A stretch of 64,000 nt of DNA from Octopus sinensis (taxonomy: Eukaryota): the NCBI RefSeq assembly GCF_006345805.1, contig NC_043000.1:59148001-59212000 (forward strand), read 5' to 3'. The translations under genes were made by a program, and so were the position numbers. Shown here in pieces: positions 61,338 through 64,000 of the stretch; the first letter of the stretch is position 1; every line of letters begins with the position of its first letter. The notes beneath the pieces are model-generated. The model did not search any database. It worked only from the letters and a program-made list of their open reading frames with translations, and was not told the origin of the DNA.

Positions 61338-61501
61338 GTGCGCGCGCGTGTTGGTGTCATAAGAATTTTGTAAACTTTCGAGAGAACGTGAAATATTTCT
61401 CTTTTGCAACATTGGATCTCGAAGCACATAAAGTTATAAATACCAACAAATAAATATTATACTGAAAACCTCTTTTGAATAGAGCCTTTGACTTTTACAA
61501 C

Positions 61502-61504
<3 letters not shown>

Positions 61505-61586
<82 letters not shown>
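61505..61586. repeat. (TA)n microsatellite
   Basis: Direct reading. Confidence 0.95.
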
Positions 61587-61589
<3 letters not shown>

Positions 61590-64000
61590 GCCATATAGTT
61601 TAAAACAAGAAAAGTTAATCGTACTGTCATAGAGAAAGAGCTTAGTATAGTTTGCAGGAGGTATGTAAATAAAAAAAAAGATAAATAAATAAAATAAAAT
61701 GTTCTCAGGCAGAACATCATAGATGATGTGAGTGTATTTACTTTCATGGTTATACCTAAGTTATGTGAGATGTGTTTGTTATGTTAGTTGATTGAATGTG
61801 ATTGGTTATGGAAATTAAATTGTAAACGAACAGAAAAAGAGATATAATATATTCACTCCTGTGAAATATCACTATATAGTATATCCTTTTACTCCGATGG
61901 TCGTGTACATTTCCAGTTATCTAGAAGGTGATTTCTGGAAGGTCTGTCATTTATTAAATACAAATAATAAACGGAGTTATTAACTTTTCTATTAACGAGA
62001 TTTTCTTCCGAACTGCACAATTCACAAAATCATTTGAATATGTTCACATTTTTCAAGGATTTTCTATTCGGTGCGGAATGCAGTACGACGTTATTTCAAT
62101 GTTCAAACAGAACTGGATAATTTAGTTACATTTCTGTTTCCGACATTTCTAAACGAGTAGGTATGGTTGTAGAATTGGTGTTTAAATTTACCTTCCATCA
62201 TACCGACATAAAATTTATACTCAGAAACTGAGTTTTTGCTTGATATGGCCTGTGCAATCTTAGATAATTGCTTCAGCATTGCTTGACTAATTAAGAGGAC
62301 ATAAATTAGTGTTTCTGCACGAACAATCTACCTCTGTTCGATTTATTGGGTTGTTCGCAATTTTTTCATATTAATGGTGCAGCCGAAGCTTAATTTTAAG
62401 TTGTTTCTTTTAAATAATCTCCTGTAATGACAGTTGGCAAGGAATACTTGGTAATTAATGCTAAGATTTTTTGTATGTTATTTTACTATATGTATTTGTA
62501 TCTTAATGACTGTTAGCTTCTAGTGAGTTAAATAGGGTGAAGCTACATCAGAAGTTTATTTATTAGATGATAAACCGGAAATTTTCTCAAGATTTTTGAA
62601 GACTATGAATGGATTGCTGGAAATCATGTTAATGTATGTGAGATTTATGTCTGATTTAATTATATATTTTATACTTATCAATGATTAGACTGAAAATGAC
62701 ATTAAGAAATTAACCGTTTTCAAATTAATGAATATTGTTACCTTAAGACCGGAATTATTGAAAGTGTTGGTGAATTCTTTCAAAATTTACCTAAAGAATA
62801 GTTTTTAGCATATATGAAATAAGACCAATCCATATAGAAAAGCCTATATCAGTGACAGTGCATGAATTTTTAGAGAATGTAGGATATCTACATTCCTATA
62901 AGATCACATATTTCTGCGCTATCACACAAACCTCTTGTCTGTTGTTATTTTTCTTTTACCCATACGAAATTGTCGTCGAAAAGCAGGACTTTCCTAGCTG
63001 GTATTACTGCAAACTATGGCATGCATGATAACTTCAATATCAATAATTGTTTATATTGTTACATCTTACTGAATTCTTGGGATGTAACGATATTGAAACA
63101 GAGGGATAACTTTCAGCAATAATGATTTAGATAAATTTGCTCTGATTTGTATTGATGTTTTAAAATCACCTAATGATAGAGTAGGTATTGTTCTATCGAC
63201 AGACGTTAGTCGTTTTGGTAAGTGTTATTATTAATTTGACTACAGATTCATATATACGCATCAAGTATTTTTAGTTTTTTCGTGATTACACCCCACAATC
63301 AACAATATATAGCTTATTTGTAAAGCGCATCAGAAATTCATTCTTTTCATTTAATTTCTTTTTCATTTGATCATGGTCACGCCTCGTTTGATTTTTAAGC
63401 AAAGTAAACTTTATTTAAACATATCTAAAATGTATTTATGGAGCCTATACGTACATAGTTGTTATATGTATGTGTATGCATGTGTGTCTGTGTGTGTGTG
63501 TATGAGTGCGAGAGAGAGCGCATATAAGTGAATGTATGTGTACATGTCGTAGGCATGCGTTTCGTCAATAAACATCGATGAAAAAAAGCCCAAAATTAGA
63601 GCTTTCCGAACGAAGTCCATCGAGATAATTGTTCAATACCGAGTCAAAGATATTCTCTTGTGACTCTCGGTGTCTAAAATGCAGTGAACCACTGAGTACC
63701 TTTAGAAATGTCCACTCAACGAGACTATTTTTCACTTAATGTGATATAGCATAATTATACAAATAATTTAAATCCCGTATGCAAAGTAATACTTTTGAAA
63801 ATGTGGTGCTTGTTGAATTATATTGTTAAGGTATTTGCTTGAAAAGAAATGCAATTATCTATTTCCATAATTTAACCAAAATCTGAAAGTAAAAGTGAGA
63901 TAGTCTCACTTTCCATCAACGACAGTTTTTGCCTTCAGTATAGTTCACAGGTTTCATAAAAATTTAATATCAAAACCCTGCATCACCTGCTGGAAGCCTT

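Noticed and set aside
59242-61747. ORFs rich in YVCM, IYIY or HTYI repeats (also 54153-54350 and 58041-58247)
   Set aside because: Translations of microsatellites.
62100-63300. Possible coding relic in unique-looking sequence
   Set aside because: No ORF of 60 aa or more and no motif I can recognise in any frame.

Overview
AT-rich, repeat-dense eukaryotic (metazoan) DNA. The abundant tRNA-derived SINE families and the single-exon C2H2 zinc-finger array resemble Octopus/coleoid cephalopod sequence; this is inferred from recall, not from a search. The first 23 kb is a transposon pile-up. (i) A young Ty3/gypsy element (1605-6127, 238-bp LTRs differing at 2 sites, CATC TSD) sits inside a Tx1/L1-like LINE fragment. 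(ii) A Tx1-like LINE with its RT core deleted (8076-12245) and an ORF1-only element (12267-13917) lie head-to-tail, separated and flanked by three copies of one 18-21-bp motif. (iii) An old gypsy element contains a TIR element, which contains a SINE, which contains a Merlin (IS1595-like) transposon with a 9-bp TSD, an intact 293-aa transposase and 1.44-kb inverted arms that duplicate most of the transposase gene. (iv) A second ORF1-only element follows (21617-23236). The two LINEs, both ORF1-only elements and two SINE copies share one conserved 3' tail. The remainder holds foldback hairpins, a CpG-retaining island near 30-32 kb inside CpG-depleted DNA, and decayed gypsy, CR1-like, Chapaev-like, mariner, Helitron and R4/Dong-like elements. 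The only host gene I can support is an 8-finger C2H2 gene (46466-47296), preceded by an 86-nt hairpin. The best candidates for new biology are the foldback Merlin element and the Tx1-tail network ([12 protein letters not shown] array, ORF1-only half elements, SINE partner).
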